NCBI RefSeq assembly: GCF_009914755.1
Contig: NC_060941.1
DNA: 64,000 nucleotides
Direction: 5' to 3' (one strand)
From: the human T2T-CHM13v2.0 reference genome, Homo sapiens
Position numbers and translations under genes: made by a program. The notes beneath the pieces are model-generated. The model saw nothing but the letters and a program-made list of their open reading frames with translations, was not told the origin of the DNA and searched no databases. Numbering within the stretch: position 1 is the stretch's first letter; each line of letters begins with the position of its first letter. Shown here one piece after another: positions 27,316-43,242 of this stretch.

Positions 27316-27886
27316 TGAAACTGTCCCTATAAACTTTGTAAAGTTCATCAGGGAAGAAGAGAGAGAAAGAAATGAAAATAAACACAGCTTGCAGCACATT
27401 TGGCATTAACATGAGATCAGCTGCTCTCTGACCCATTTCCTCATAGTTGTTTGGTGCCTATTGTCTTAGAATCACACTGACCCTAGATTACAGTTTCCCT
27501 TAACTGCTCCATAGGTAACAACTTGAACATTACAGAATATTAAGTTTTCCCATTGAGACAGTCTTTCAGACCCTGCATACCAGTGAAACTATCAATGTCA
27601 GCTGGCCTGAAGGACCCCACGAGGAGCTGACTCCCCAGAGAATGCAGTTTCCACATCCTGAAGATTTCATCGCCCTTACCCTAACCAATCAATGACCCCA
27701 ATTCCCAGCCCCTTGCCCTCCATGATCCCCTTAAAAGCCCCAGCCCAGAACTCTTTGGGGAGATGGATTGAGGGTCTCTTCCCATCTCCTTGCTTGGCTG
27801 CCCTGTGATCATTAAACTCTTTCTCTGCTGCAAACCGTGCTGTCTCAGCATATTGGTCTGTTCCTGCACAACCAAAAGCTGTAACA
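27316..27886 (+). mobile_element. ERV1 solo LTR (LTR26/MER4-group-like)
   Basis: TG...CA termini (tgaaactgtccctataaact...gctgtaaca), ccaat, cttaaaa TATA-like, attaaa polyA signal, near-TSD tttc/cttc. Confidence 0.8.
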
Positions 27887-28119
27887 CTTCTGCTTTCTCT
27901 GGGTTCAGCCCAGCAGAACCATAATGTGGAAATTTCAACTGGGCTGCCTCTGTCTTTGGGCATATGCCTCCTCCTCCGTCAAACACACTGGTTTCACTCT
28001 CTGTCTTTTCTTCTTAACATGCATTTCCATGTTTGCTTCTTCAGAATGATTCCAACCCCCCAACTTCTAAATGATAGTCTGGAAAGACCACTTAACAAAA
28101 AGACCTAAGCTATTGATTT

Positions 28120-28290
28120 AAGCCCCACCCATGCTGTTAGCTGCAGGACCTTGGGAAAATCTCTAAGCTCTCAGCCCCATTTTCTCCATCAGCCAAACGG
28201 AGGTGGTGATGGTTTTGTCCACTTTACAGGGTTGTTGTGAGAATTCAGTGATGTGGAGCTCTTTGCAAACTGTGAAATTCTGTGTACTTT
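28120..28290 (+). mobile_element. MIR
   Basis: gaccttgggaaaatctctaagctctc...acagggttgttgtgagaatt. Confidence 0.7.
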
Positions 28291-28796
28291 GAGGGAGAAT
28301 AATTGTTAATATTTATTAAACATTGTATTGTATGATTTAACCTTCATAATAATGGTTTTCTATACAGAACCATTTTTTTATTCTTGTTTTAGAGGCTGAA
28401 GTCTTAGAAAAGTATAGTAACCTGATGAAGCAATTTATTTACTGAATAATGCAAATGAGATTTGGCTGTAAACCTCTAAACTCATCTCCTTCTGTTCCTT
28501 ACCTTCTACCTTGCTCTTTACTTCTTATCATTCTAAGATAAATTCCCCTTTAGAGTTTCTGGTCTTGAAATTACCCTTCTATTTTTGCTATATTGCCTGT
28601 GGTCTCCCTTTTTAACACCTTGTAAGGCCACATCTCTTCTGCTATGAATTTTGGATTTCAAGAAGACACAGACCTTTCCTCTCTCCTTTTTGCCACTTCC
28701 ATTCCATCAACCATCATTTCCTTTTGGGTCACATATAGGCAAGGGGAAGGTGCTGCTCTGACTGTTTTCTCTGTTTCTTGGGAAGAGAAATAGAAG

Positions 28797-29160
28797 TGTA
28801 TCTTAGTTCAGTTTCCCTAGAGAGCAAGATCCTAGAGGCAAAAACTTACATCCAATGCTTTGTTGAATGGTGTAATTCCAGGGAAGGAAGAATGAGGCAA
28901 CATAAAAGCAAGGGAAGGAGAAAGGAGAGAGAGCACATACAAGAGGATGTGTTGAGCTTGTGAAACGCTTCCAGAAAGGCTGTATGAGACTCCTGCTCTT
29001 CAGAACAGTATATGGGGAGGGAGGAAGGGCAAGGTAGGTGTTTACTGTACCTTTCCCATAATCTCTTTCTCACTGATGGATCAACCATGGATCTCTGTCT
29101 CCCCGTGGATCAAAACCATGGGTATTAATCCCCAAACACCATGAGGGGGCAACTCTAGGC
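28797..29160 (-). mobile_element. ERVL LTR16-like fragment
   Basis: tgtatcttagttcagtttccctagagagcaagatcctagaggcaa. Confidence 0.55.
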
Positions 29161-29574
29161 AGCCTCTGGGAAGCTGGAGCCTCCAAGGCCCAGACTGGCT
29201 CTTGTGCTGATGTGGCCAGCTCTCTTCATTCACTGGTGCTGTGAGTGGGAGCTTGGTTGGTAGTGGCAGCAGCAGCCACTGGGACTTTCCATAGGAGTAG
29301 GATGAGATGTCACTGGGTCTGCCCTGGCTAGGACATGAGACACATAGCAGAGACCCAGGTTGGATAGGTAGGGCTGAGTGGATCTTCTACTACGTCACCT
29401 TCCTCACCAAACTCATCCTCGTAAACACAGGTGAATGCATTGATGTCATTATGTGCCAAAGGTTACCACTGCCCTTTTACCCCAGCCACCGGTGCCTACT
29501 ACTCAAGTGGTGTGGTCAACCCAACTCCACAGTCCCTTCTTGAGCTCCAGCTTTCTAGGGTCACACTTGACAGT

Positions 29575-29800
29575 GGTTGTCTGCATTTCCTAGAGAACAG
29601 AACCTGAGACAAAAGTTTCCTTGCTGATGGTTTATTTAGGGGAAGATGGTGCAAGTCCCAGGAATCATGTCTGAGAAAAAGGGAAAGTGAAGCAGAAAAG
29701 GAGTCAAAGCAAATACAAGGATGTGTGCTACTGGGCTGACCACAGCATTGCAGTAAACACAGGGGGTTGCTCAGGACCCTGGGAGGTTTCTAGAAAAGCA
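29575..29800 (-). mobile_element. ERVL LTR16-like fragment
   Basis: ttcctagagaacagaacctgagacaaaag...tggtttatttagggg. Confidence 0.5.
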
Positions 29801-29943
29801 CAGGGAGCCACCCAGGCAGCTTCCAAGAAAGCCAGGGCTCTAGTCAGGCCAGTGAGTAGGGAAACGGCCTCTCCATCATGTTAGCACAGTACACAGGAGC
29901 CCATTGGGTTTTAGAGACAGTGGTGGCCATCAAAATTTTTGAC

Positions 29944-30462
29944 TATGGCAGGGAGAATAATGTCCCTCCCAAGATGTCCACAACCTAATCCCCAGAACCT
30001 CTGAATCTGTTAGCTTACACAGCAAAGGGGAATTAAGGTTGCAAGTGGAATTAAGGTTGCTAATCAGATGACTTAAGAAGAAGAAATTATTCTGGATTGT
30101 TCTTGGTGAAACCAATGCAATCCCAAGGGCCCTTAAAAACAGAAAGGGGAGGTAGAAGAGAAGGTTGGAGCGATGGGTTGTGAGAAAGACTCTACCAGCC
30201 TCTGCTGGCTTTGTAGGTAGCGGAAGGGGCCGTGAGCCAGGGAATGCAGGTACCCTTTAGAAGCTAGAAGAGGCAAAGACATGGATTCTCCCCTGCAGCC
30301 TCCAGGAGGAACATAGTCCTGTCCATAGTCCTGTCCTTGATTTTAGCCCAGTGAGACTTATGTCAAATTTCTGACCTACAGAACCATAAGCTAATAAGTT
30401 TGTGTAGTTTTAAGCCACTTAATCTGTGATAACTTGTTGCAGCAGCTATGGAAAATGAACAG
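29944..30462 (+). mobile_element. MaLR LTR MLT1D
   Basis: gaataatgtccctcccaagatgtccac...ggaattaaggttgctaatcag...gcagcagctatggaaaatgaaca. Confidence 0.88.
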
Positions 30463-30918
30463 AGTGACCCCAGGAGCAGATGATTGTCCCTGGAGTCTGC
30501 AAGGTTACTGGAAGGGGTGGCGTGTGGTCAGAATCTGATTGGAGGCCTCTAAAGGACTTATCAGATTTGGCATCCTGGAGGGTGAGTTCCCCCCGAGGTG
30601 AAGGTCCTCGTCACCGTGACAGCTCCCCTCCACGTCAGTGTCCAGAGCACTGCAGGGTAGCTTCCACCTCACTGGGCAGCAGTGTTCCATTCTCTGTCCT
30701 TTGTCCATCTCCAGACTCTCTCATGCTCAAGTACGTTGCTCTTCCATTGTGTTAAAAGCATTAGGAACACCCTCTGTGTGTTAGAAAGGCAGCTTTCTAA
30801 ACTGCCTTTCTTGAAATATTTATTGAGCGCTTACTTTGGGAAAGAAGGATGCCTGCGAATACAGGGATGAACAAGACAGGTTCTGAGTCCATTTTCCTAA
30901 TGGGGGGACAGGACATTA

Positions 30919-31293
<375 letters not shown>

Positions 31294-31769
31294 CTAGAAG
31301 CTATTCAGATTCACAGGAGGACATGCATGAGATCAGGGACTCAGGGCAGGCCTCTCTGAGAGGTGACATTTAAGCTCATGCTTAAATGATGAGAAGCTTG
31401 GGCCACACAGAACTTGGTGGTCAGAACAGGCAGGTGCATTTCCTTGAACCCGGATGTGTTTCCTACCAACCAGGCAAGGCTTTTGGTTACATTACTTCAG
31501 GTAGGAGCTTTCTCCTGCCCAATTCAGCAATATCTACAAGATGCCCCCGCTGTCTTGTGTTAGAATATCAGGTGAAATGTATCTGAGCACATGGGATTCC
31601 TTCTAACAGTTGTTCAATGAAGAGCGTTGGCTCTGGGATGATGGACACAGGGAATCTCCCCCATCCTCAGCACGTCTCAGGAGTCTCTGCTGAAATTTGG
31701 GTCTTGTTTGGTCGAAAGAGAAAACCGTGCCTGGAGTAGCTGTGGAATAAGGGAGAACCGTCTTGGCCC

Positions 31770-31930
31770 TGGAGGCAGAGAGGCCTGGGGCTGGATCTCA
31801 GCTCCACCATGGACTAACCTCACAGCTTGGGCAAACGGCCTTCCTCTTTGAATGAGCTTCCCAAGCTGTGAAATGGAGGTCACAATGCCTGCCTCAGGGA
31901 GAGGTTGTGCAGGTTCAGCGAGGTGATAGG
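31770..31930 (+). mobile_element. MIR
   Basis: ctggaggcagagaggcctgggg...cttgggcaa...ctgtgaaatggagg. Confidence 0.65.
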
Positions 31931-32077
31931 TCCTCCACTTCTGTTATATCCAAGACATTCAAACAATTATAATAACACACTATGATGTAACACTATTCAA
32001 ATAATTATTAACCCCATGCAAGTTCAATTTTTATGATGTGGCAAGATGCATTGCCCCCTCCATTATAATGAGTAGGG

Positions 32078-32086
32078 GTGTGTGTT

Positions 32087-32147
<61 letters not shown>
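32078..32147. repeat. (TG)n(AG)n compound microsatellite
   Basis: Direct read. Confidence 0.95.
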
Positions 32148-33170
32148 TTTGAAACAAACACGCCAGTCAGAGTTGGTGCCATGCCCTCAGAGAGGGTGTC
32201 ATTCACAGTGGGAATGCAGAGTCAAATGTTTCTTAGCACAACAATGTGCTGGAATAGTTTCTCTTAAAGGACAAGGTCAATGTTGTCTTAACAGGAGGAA
32301 TAACCTTTTCTCATGTGGGAAACATTATGACTTGCTCTGATGTGGTGTCTTTGGGCCTTACGTAAACTCTGAATGAGGATTCCAGGCCACGCTTTCTCCT
32401 CGCTCCTGGGAGCAGAGCCCGCACCCTCCTCTTTGGTTGGTTATTTTATTTTAAAATAACTGTTTCAGTTTAGAATAGTTTTAGATGTATAGGAAAGTTG
32501 CAAGAATATTACAGAGAGTTCCCGTATACCCCACACCCAGTTTCTCCCATACACACCTTCTACTTTGTGACTCAGCAAGGATGGAGTTGGGGAGAGCCTG
32601 TGCTGGCACCCAGCGGGAGCATCTTAACAAAACAGAAGGACCCAATGGGTCACCAAAGGAAGGGATAGAAGCTGGAAAGAAGCAAGGGTGGAAGAGAAGG
32701 TGTAGAGAAGACCCCAACCGCGGGTGCAGGAGGCAGCGACAGTTACTGAATTTCCCAAATTTTTAGCAAACTTCCCTCCCTCAGCCTGTACCACGAGCAA
32801 TCAAAAACACACTTGGAACAGAACAGAGGGACTTTGCCACACCTGGAGTATATTTCGTATTATTTCCAGAGCAGGTGGTGTAGGAAATACCTATTGCCAA
32901 ATAAGAAATGCTACAGACAGATCAAGTCAAAGTGCATAAGGAAAAGAACCGTTTTAAATGCTGAAATCTCAGAGGTAGTTAATACTTCTCAGAGGAAGAA
33001 AAGTGAGTTATTTGTAACTCACTTTTCACGGTCCTGATTTTGAGGTGTGTGTCTGCCATAAAAACATGCTAGTCTTTAGGGGGGCAAGCTCTGCTGTCTT
33101 GAGCTCTTTCTTCTTAGACTCTCAGAACAAATATGTAGATGTAATGTTTTTACTTAAGATTACACATATT

Positions 33171-33512
<342 letters not shown>

Positions 33513-34529
33513 TTAGGGTTCCTCTCCCAAACCATAGCAGACTCTGGAGAGAGGGTGGGGAGATCTCAAATTTTTCTGGGGCTGGATGATTGGGCACGTG
33601 GGTTGGTGGCTTTGCAGAGGGAACCTGTTGCTTCAGTGACGTGGGGCAGATGGCTCAGCGGTGGATGGCGGAGCAAGGTGATTGCTGGCTGCCATCTCTT
33701 GAATGATCCTGGCATGAGCTCCTCCTGTTCCTCCTGGGATTGCTATGGAAACCCAGACTGAGTTGTTGTCTCTGTGTCGGGGCTTTCCTGGGTGTTTTTC
33801 CTCCTGGCCTCAACGCTTACAAATCATTCTTTCCTGTGTGCAGATCAGGTGATTCTCCCAGGCCCTGTCTGGGCAGGGTGACTGACAAGTCAATTTGGTC
33901 AGACAATTGCTTGGGCTGATTTTTCCATTGCACTGAGCTCCTTGTTTTGGCTCCTGGTAAACTGGGTTTGATCTGGGGCTGGGAGGTGGAGGTTGGGGAT
34001 CAGGAAGGGAGGGAGGGGATGCCATGTGAGCCTTCTCTTTCTCAGGGGAGCCTGAGAGGGAACGGTGAGAATCCACAGTCCCCAGGTCTGAAGCAGGGAG
34101 CTGGGCTGTGTCGAGATTGGGGATGGAGGTATCATTCCCACTTTAAAGATGAAGACATTGAGTTCAGGGAGTTGAGCTGCTTTACCCAAAGCCACATGAC
34201 TTACGTGGCAGAACCTGGACTCTACCTGAGGGCCTGGTGGGGAGCACGGTGTCCTTTTCGCTGCTTAAGTGGAGGGAGAACTGAAAGAAGCCTTTGCCTG
34301 ATGTTCTGTGTCTCCTTTTTGTGATGGGGAAGGATTTTGGCTACTGTTTTAGGTCTGTGGTTCATGTTGCCCAAAGCACTGACGACAAATCTGCACATGA
34401 CCTGACCTTGGGCTTTGGGCAACCCTCTAGATGCCAGTTCCCGAGAAAGACCCTCCACACTTTCAGCTTGCCCATCTGACTGATGGGAAGCTTACCCCTA
34501 GAAAGGCATGGCTGAAGCAGAGAACAGAA

Positions 34530-34790
34530 AGTGTGATCCTTGAGGCCAGAGACTTGGATGTTTATTTCGCTTCTGGTACTTACTAGCTTTGTGACCTTGT
34601 GCAAGTCACCTGCCCTCTCTGAGCTTTAGCTCCCTGGCTGAGCAATGCACAAGCCACCTGCCCTCTCTGAGCTTTAGCTTCCTGGCTGAGCAATGCAGTG
34701 GTTAATTATTGCTTGGCCTACCTATCAGGGTTGCTGTGAGGATTTAATAAGATTGGAAACATGGAAGCTTTTTGTAAGCCCATAAGGTCA
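34530..34790 (+). mobile_element. MIR with internal 48-bp tandem duplication (34602-34697)
   Basis: tactagctttgtgaccttgtgcaagtcac...; caag(t/c)cacctgccctctctgagctttagct..ctggctgagcaatgca x2. Confidence 0.8.
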
Positions 34791-35577
34791 AGCCAAGCCT
34801 CCATGCAAGAGCTATGTGGCTTTGATATTCTTGAGGCCCAGAAGGCAAGGCTGACTTCTGAAGCCATGGGTTTGGGGCTGGGGAGGGTGGAGCTGGCTCA
34901 GAGTTTGCAGCCATTCAGGGGCCATGTTGGTGATTTTTCCCTTAAGGAGGCCTCTGGTCTAGGGGGCCAGCCAGGGATTAGGGAAGAGGATACACGCTGG
35001 CCCATGCTTGTGCTTGGCAATGCCTTGCCACACCTGCCCTCTTTTGCCCCTCACATCTGCTGAATGGCAGGAAGATGGGCCATTGGGTGCAAAGAGGACA
35101 CACTACAGTATGGCTATGAAGAGAGGGAGTGGCAGTGCATGCGAAGGCTGGAACTAAAAGGCAACTTGACTTCTTCCACTGGCGTGGCCAAGGTTGTCCA
35201 TTTGCAGAGTCACGTCGTGCTTTACGTAAAAGCTGCTCAGGGAGCAGGGCTCAGAGATAATAAATGTAGCTGAGTTTGGAAACAGCCACATCCCCATTCA
35301 CCACGGACAGAAGTGGGAGTCAGGGATGTAGCCCAGGGAGGCTTCACCCCTCACCCCTAGGCAGCCCTTTCTTCCTCGGCAGCAACACTGTGAGACCCTC
35401 CTCTTTTCACAGCAGGGGCCATCAGGCCCGGAAGTAGGCTTGGCCAGAGCCCAGGTGCAGGATCAAGCCTCACTTGAGGTTGGAGATGTGGAAGAGTTCT
35501 AGCCTCCCCTTCTGGGCTCAGCATCAAGTCCTACTGTCAGCCCGTCAGCCGCTGATGCTAGGGTTGAGTTATGCTAA

Positions 35578-36136
<559 letters not shown>

Positions 36137-36888
36137 TAGGGGTAGTGGCCCATCCCTGGACCCCAGCCCAACATTGGTTCCTCTAAGCTCAGGATAGGAA
36201 GCAAAGTTCTGTGTGTTGAGGGCCTTTTTTTGCTTCTGGCCCTTTAAACCTAAGTAGATCAAAGAAGTGGATTCTAATTATTCCCATTGTACAGAGGAGG
36301 AAACTGAGGCTCAGAAAGGCTAAGAGACTTACCTAAGGTAACATGAATGGTAGAGACAAGATTCCAATCCACATCCACAGGGATTCAAAGGCTGTGCTGG
36401 GTCTTGGTGCAGTCACCCACCTGCCTGACGCCTGCAGGGGTCTGATTTCCAGGGGGATGTATTCCCCGTCCTGGGAACCTCCTGTTTGTGCTGTTTTGCT
36501 GAGAGCCAGACATTCAGTGCACGCCAGGGCCAGCCACATGACTCCACTTCAGACTGGTTCTTTGACAAAGTTTTAGATGTTCCTTATGGAAACTTAACCT
36601 TGAATCTGTTTCTCTGTCCTGCTCAATAGTTCTGTGTATTACTTAATGTGAAAGTAAGGCTCAGAGACAATAGCATTTAGAAAAAAAGAAAGAGCTTACT
36701 TGTAAAGAAGCTCAAGAGAGTCAGAATTCATAAAGACTCTGGTTTATCAAATAAAACACAACAGGAATTTAAGGAAAAAAGCACGACAAACCTTCCAAGG
36801 TCACTGAGTTTGTTTTGAGTCCATTCATGGCGGAAAATAGCAATTTTCTCACATATTATCACACCCATAAAAGTCGTGACAAATTTTT

Positions 36889-37887
<999 letters not shown>

Positions 37888-38409
37888 AGATGGCAGATTC
37901 TATTGCTTGCAACTGACTGAAAGAGCCCCAAGGGTCACTGAGTGCAACTCCTATGTTTTACAGACGAGGGAGCAGTGGCCCAGAGGGGAGAATGTTGCTT
38001 ACCCAACGGCTCCTGGGATTTCCCTGCTTCTCTTGGTCCAAGTGTCCTCTGTGTCACTCAGGCCTGACCAGAAGGCCTGGGACGGAACTCCAGTGTTCTA
38101 GCCCCTGAGACGGAGAGAGAGAGAGGCTCTGCGGGTGTTCTTGGTCTCCTGTCCTGGGTGACCATCATGTTCATTCTGCCATGGGAGTGATAACGCTGAA
38201 TGCGCAGCTTGGCTTAGCTCCCCACAGGCAGAGCCTTTTGAACCCCACTTCAGGTTCAGGTTCAGTCCCAGCTCAGATGCTAGGGCCCTCCCACACCCAG
38301 GCAGGAGGGGTAGAGTCACTTTCCACGTGGCTCAGAGGACTCCATGGCAAGTTTTCCAGGTTGCTAGTCTGGCCCTGCCCTCTTAGCCTGATATGACAAA
38401 TACCACTAC

Positions 38410-38635
38410 CAATAGCAATGGTCAGTGCAAGCATCGTGCTAATGACTTTGTACATAATGTAACATCTATTTCTCTAACAACTATGAGCAGGTGGTTTTAT
38501 GTCCAATTTGTGGATGGGTACACTGAGGAACAGAGCAGCTAAGTGACTTGCCTGAAGTTCTAGAACTAGTGAGTGTTTACGGAGGCAGGAGCTGAGCTCA
38601 GTTTTGTCTGAATCCCAAGTTTGTTCTCCCAGCCA
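38410..38635 (-). mobile_element. MIR
   Basis: ctaacaactatgagcaggt...actgaggaacagagcagctaagtgacttgcctgaag. Confidence 0.75.
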
Positions 38636-39384
38636 CATGCGTGCAGCCTGACTCAGTGAGCTCAGTTCATACAATTGGGCTGCAGTGCTGTTCCTCCCTG
38701 GCCAGTATAGTCCCACTTTGAGCAACTAGTTGGGGGTGGGGTGGGGCGGGAAGGCACCTAAGGACCTGTCACCTGTTGATGTCACTTTCTGACAGTCTCA
38801 ACTTCCAAGTGTCCCCTGGCTCTTGGTTCCCTGGAGTTAGGAGCCAGGCTGTCTGTGCCCGTTCTTCTCACAAGTGGTGCTGCCTGTTCAAATCCTTGCC
38901 CCTCACTGAGCTGAAAGAATTCTCAGTCTCTTCTCAGCTCTGCTGCTCTGGTTCTAAGGAGCAGCCCCCCGCCACCTAACTGAGAGAGATGACTCAAAAG
39001 GCCTGCAGGAGTGGAGTCTTTGCATGTGAGCGCACATAAGAATGATGCCTTCCCAGAAAGAAAAACATCTCTTGTTTTCTTCCAGTAAATCAAGGCTGGG
39101 AGGTGCATTTGTTTAATGGGTTCTGTCCACAGCTAATCTAATTTGGTAAATGATTTGGGGGGTGGGGGAAAATGCTGACCCAACACTTCAGAGAATGGAC
39201 TCAGAGCAAGGGGTGTAGGCAGTGACACGCAGCGGGACTGTGAGCAGGAGAAGGGGCTGGAGAACCTACCTGTGCGTCAGGGTTTCCTGTCCCCTTCCCA
39301 TGTGACATGCACTCACACACATGCACCCATGCACAAACACTCACACTTGCATGTATGTGGATGCTGTCTTTCCTTTCTGGCTCT

Positions 39385-39690
39385 TAGATATCAGCATTGC
39401 CAAAGTCAGAGACAAAGTTTGTTTTGTTACAAAGTCAGTCAATGACTGGGAAGGCTCAATATTTCATTTGTTTGAGGTGGGGTTGGGGGCAGAACTCGAT
39501 AGGGTGATCCTGTTAGTTTTGGTATATTTTTTCCTAGTTGAGAAATGTGGTATTCACTTATTCTATTTATTTATTTATTTTTTCCTTACTCGTGGACGCA
39601 CATGTGTTTGCTTATTCGTTACGATGACAGGAACAAGGGCCAGTGTTGTCTCCACACTAGCAAATACTTCCTCTGCTGAAATGTCTGTCC
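39385..39690 (+). repeat. Copy B of the local direct duplication
   Basis: tagatatcagcattgcc(c/a)aagtcagaga ... aacaaggg(t/c)cagtgttgtctccacact. Confidence 0.85.
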
Positions 39691-39812
39691 ACGTGTCTTT
39701 CTGCCTGTTAGAACCACAGCTCACCAGGATCTAGAGAGTAGACCCATCCACCATAGCAGATGAGTCACAGATATTTTGGGAAGGGCAAGCATTCAGATTG
39801 AAGGATGAGGAG

Positions 39813-40267
39813 TATGGTAGACAGAATAATGGCCCCCAAAGATGTCCACATCCTCACCCTCGGAACCCGTGAGGATGGCAAAAGCGACTTTCCGGATATG
39901 ATTAAGTTAAGGACCTCAGGATGAGAGCGTCCTGGCTTATCCAGGTGGTCCTAATGTAATTATAAAGGTCCCTGTAAGAGGGAGGCAAAGGTTCAGCATC
40001 AGAGAGGAGATGCGATGACGGAGGCAGAGGCTCCAGTGAGGAGCTTTGAAGGCGGAGGCAGGGGCCATGAGCCAAGGAATTCAGGCAGTATCTATAAGGC
40101 TGAAGAAACAAGGAAACGAATTCTCCCCTACAACTATCAGAAGGAGTGCAGCTCTGCTGACACTTATTTTAGCCTGTAAGATCTGCTTTGGATTTCTGAC
40201 CTCCAGAACTATAATCTGTCTGTGTTATTTTAAACCACTAAGTTATAGCAGCAATAAGGAACTAACA
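39813..40267 (+). mobile_element. MaLR LTR MLT1C/D
   Basis: cagaataatggcccccaaagatgtccacatcct...ttatagcagcaataaggaactaaca. Confidence 0.88.
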
Positions 40268-40723
40268 TGAGAAATCAGGAGAGCTCAGGCATGGGGTGGG
40301 TGGGTGCCTGGGCTCTCCAGGCACACCAAGAGACTCACACCGTAGGCAGAATGTGGAGACAGATCTGGGAGCTGGAAAGGGCCTCAGAAGTAGGCTGGGA
40401 TCAGAACAATGCTAGAGGTCTCTGGAGGATGGAGCTCAACAATGTTTCAGAGGTGCTAAGATCCTAGACACAAAGATAGGGGCTCAGGTATGAGGGACTA
40501 AGACTTGAGGATGGGGTACAGGGTGTGGCTGTGGAGAAAAACAAAGGAAGGGCCTGCTTCTGATAAGCTCAGCTTGGTGCTGAGCTGTGTGCTCTGAGAT
40601 TTGCTCTCCTTACCTGCAAAACGGAGGTCTTGGCTAGCTCAGAGGTCACAGACTGGAGGCTATAGGCTTGATACAGCTCACAGACGTGTTTAGCCTATAC
40701 TGGGTTTTTAAAAACATTTGGAT

Positions 40724-41211
<488 letters not shown>

Positions 41212-42319
41212 TCACATATAAATCCGATGTTCTGAATTTTATCTTAAAATATAGGGTGATCTGGCAACAATTGGACCTATACTCCTGCCTGTTTCAGAGC
41301 CTCCTAGGCAATTCCAGCTGGAGGTGGAACGTTCCCAGGTGAGGTAGGCCCTGCAGACGTGGGAGTGGGGTCACTGTCACCCAAAAGGAGGAGCATCGGC
41401 TTTTTAGACCGGGGCCTGAGGAGCCCCCAAGGGAAGTGTCTGAACCACGCAGGTTCCTTACAGTCTTGAGCTCAGATTTAACTTGACAAGTGCTGAGTGC
41501 AGCGGGACTCTTAGCCACATTGATCCGGACACTAAACTCCTATTAATGTAGTCAGAGAAAGCAATTGCTTTCTTGGCAGCCACATGCGGCTGGCGGCTCG
41601 CACAGACCTTGCAGTCAGATGGAGACACCAGGACCGCCCCGTGGGAGCAGCTGTGAGCTAAGACTTCCGCGCCTGGGTATCCAGCCTCAGTGCAGGCTTC
41701 ACGCTCTGGCTCTGTCAGTGTGGACTGTCACTTTAGCTGCCAGCCTTTCCTGTGAGTGGCATCCTCAGCTGTCCCCTGCACTGGCCCCTTGGCATTTTCC
41801 TAACCCCTACACAAAAGGGCAGCGGGATCTTGGCTAGGGGGCTCAGAGCAATGCTCCCTGCTCCCCAATTTGGCCTTCCCTGCTAACATCCCCTTCCCTG
41901 GTGTTTGACCCTTTTTGGCTTCCTCCCTCAGCACACGCAGGCCCCCCCCCATGCTCTGTTTTGGATGTGTCTTCCTGGTGCTCCCTCCTCAGGCTCACTC
42001 CAGTGGACATGATTTTGCTTCTGACCTCTGGACTTATGCACCTTTGCCAGGCCCAACAGCTTCTCCCTTTTTCGTGCTATGTGGGGACTGTGACGGCCAG
42101 GACCCCTTCCCAGCCCCCGCAGCGCCCCCCTCAGTCACCAAAGTCTGTCTTTTTTACTCTCTGATATCTTCGAAGTTGTCCATTTCTTTCACCCCCAGTG
42201 CCATGCGTGTCCAGCCCAATCCCTCACCTGGCTGCTCCCAGAGCCTCTGACCTGTACTCCCTGCCTCCAGGCTTTTCGCCTCCAGCCCACTTTCCAACAG
42301 CAGCCGGAGAGCTCTCTTC

Positions 42320-42865
42320 AGAGGACAAACCTGACCATGGCAACTCTGTCCAGAATCCTTCAATGCATCGTTCCGGATTTCAAGATGAAGCCTGAGTTCC
42401 AGGCAGTTCCAGACTTGGCCCCGGTTCTCTCCTCCAGCCTCATGGCTCCCCGCATCCATCCCCCAGTCCATGTTCTGGCCATACTGGTCCATTTGCAGCA
42501 CGCTTGCTTCCTCTGAAACTTGGACTTTTGCACACGTTATCCTTTTTGGCAGGAACCCGCTCTTACCCCACCCCCTTCCTCTGGCTAACTCACCTTTCAC
42601 ATATGATTATGGCTTCCCTGCCACCCCACCACCCCCAGGATAGGCTTCCATCTCTTGCTCTTATGAGACCCACCTCCAGTCATGGCACTGGGTAACTGGC
42701 CTCCCTCAGTGATTACTGCTTACTGAGTTATCTGTCTTTCCCACCAGACTATAAACTCCTTCAAGGCGGGAACTCCATCTGTTTTGCACCCCATTATACC
42801 CCCACCGCCTGGTGTAAGGCTGGGAGTAGCAAGTGCTTGATGAATGTATATCGAATGAATGAATG
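42320..42865 (+). mobile_element. L2 3' region
   Basis: caaacctgaccatg...tccttcaatg...ccagactataaactccttcaaggcggg...gaatgaatgaatga. Confidence 0.8.
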
Positions 42866-42878
42866 ATAGTGATGATGA

Positions 42879-43242
<364 letters not shown>

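Noticed and set aside
41560-41720. Mildly CpG-enriched patch as a promoter
   Set aside because: Too short and sparse to be a CpG island; no associated exon seen
42120-42137. CTCF-like cagcgcccccctcagtca
   Set aside because: Only half the motif matches; cannot be supported from sequence alone
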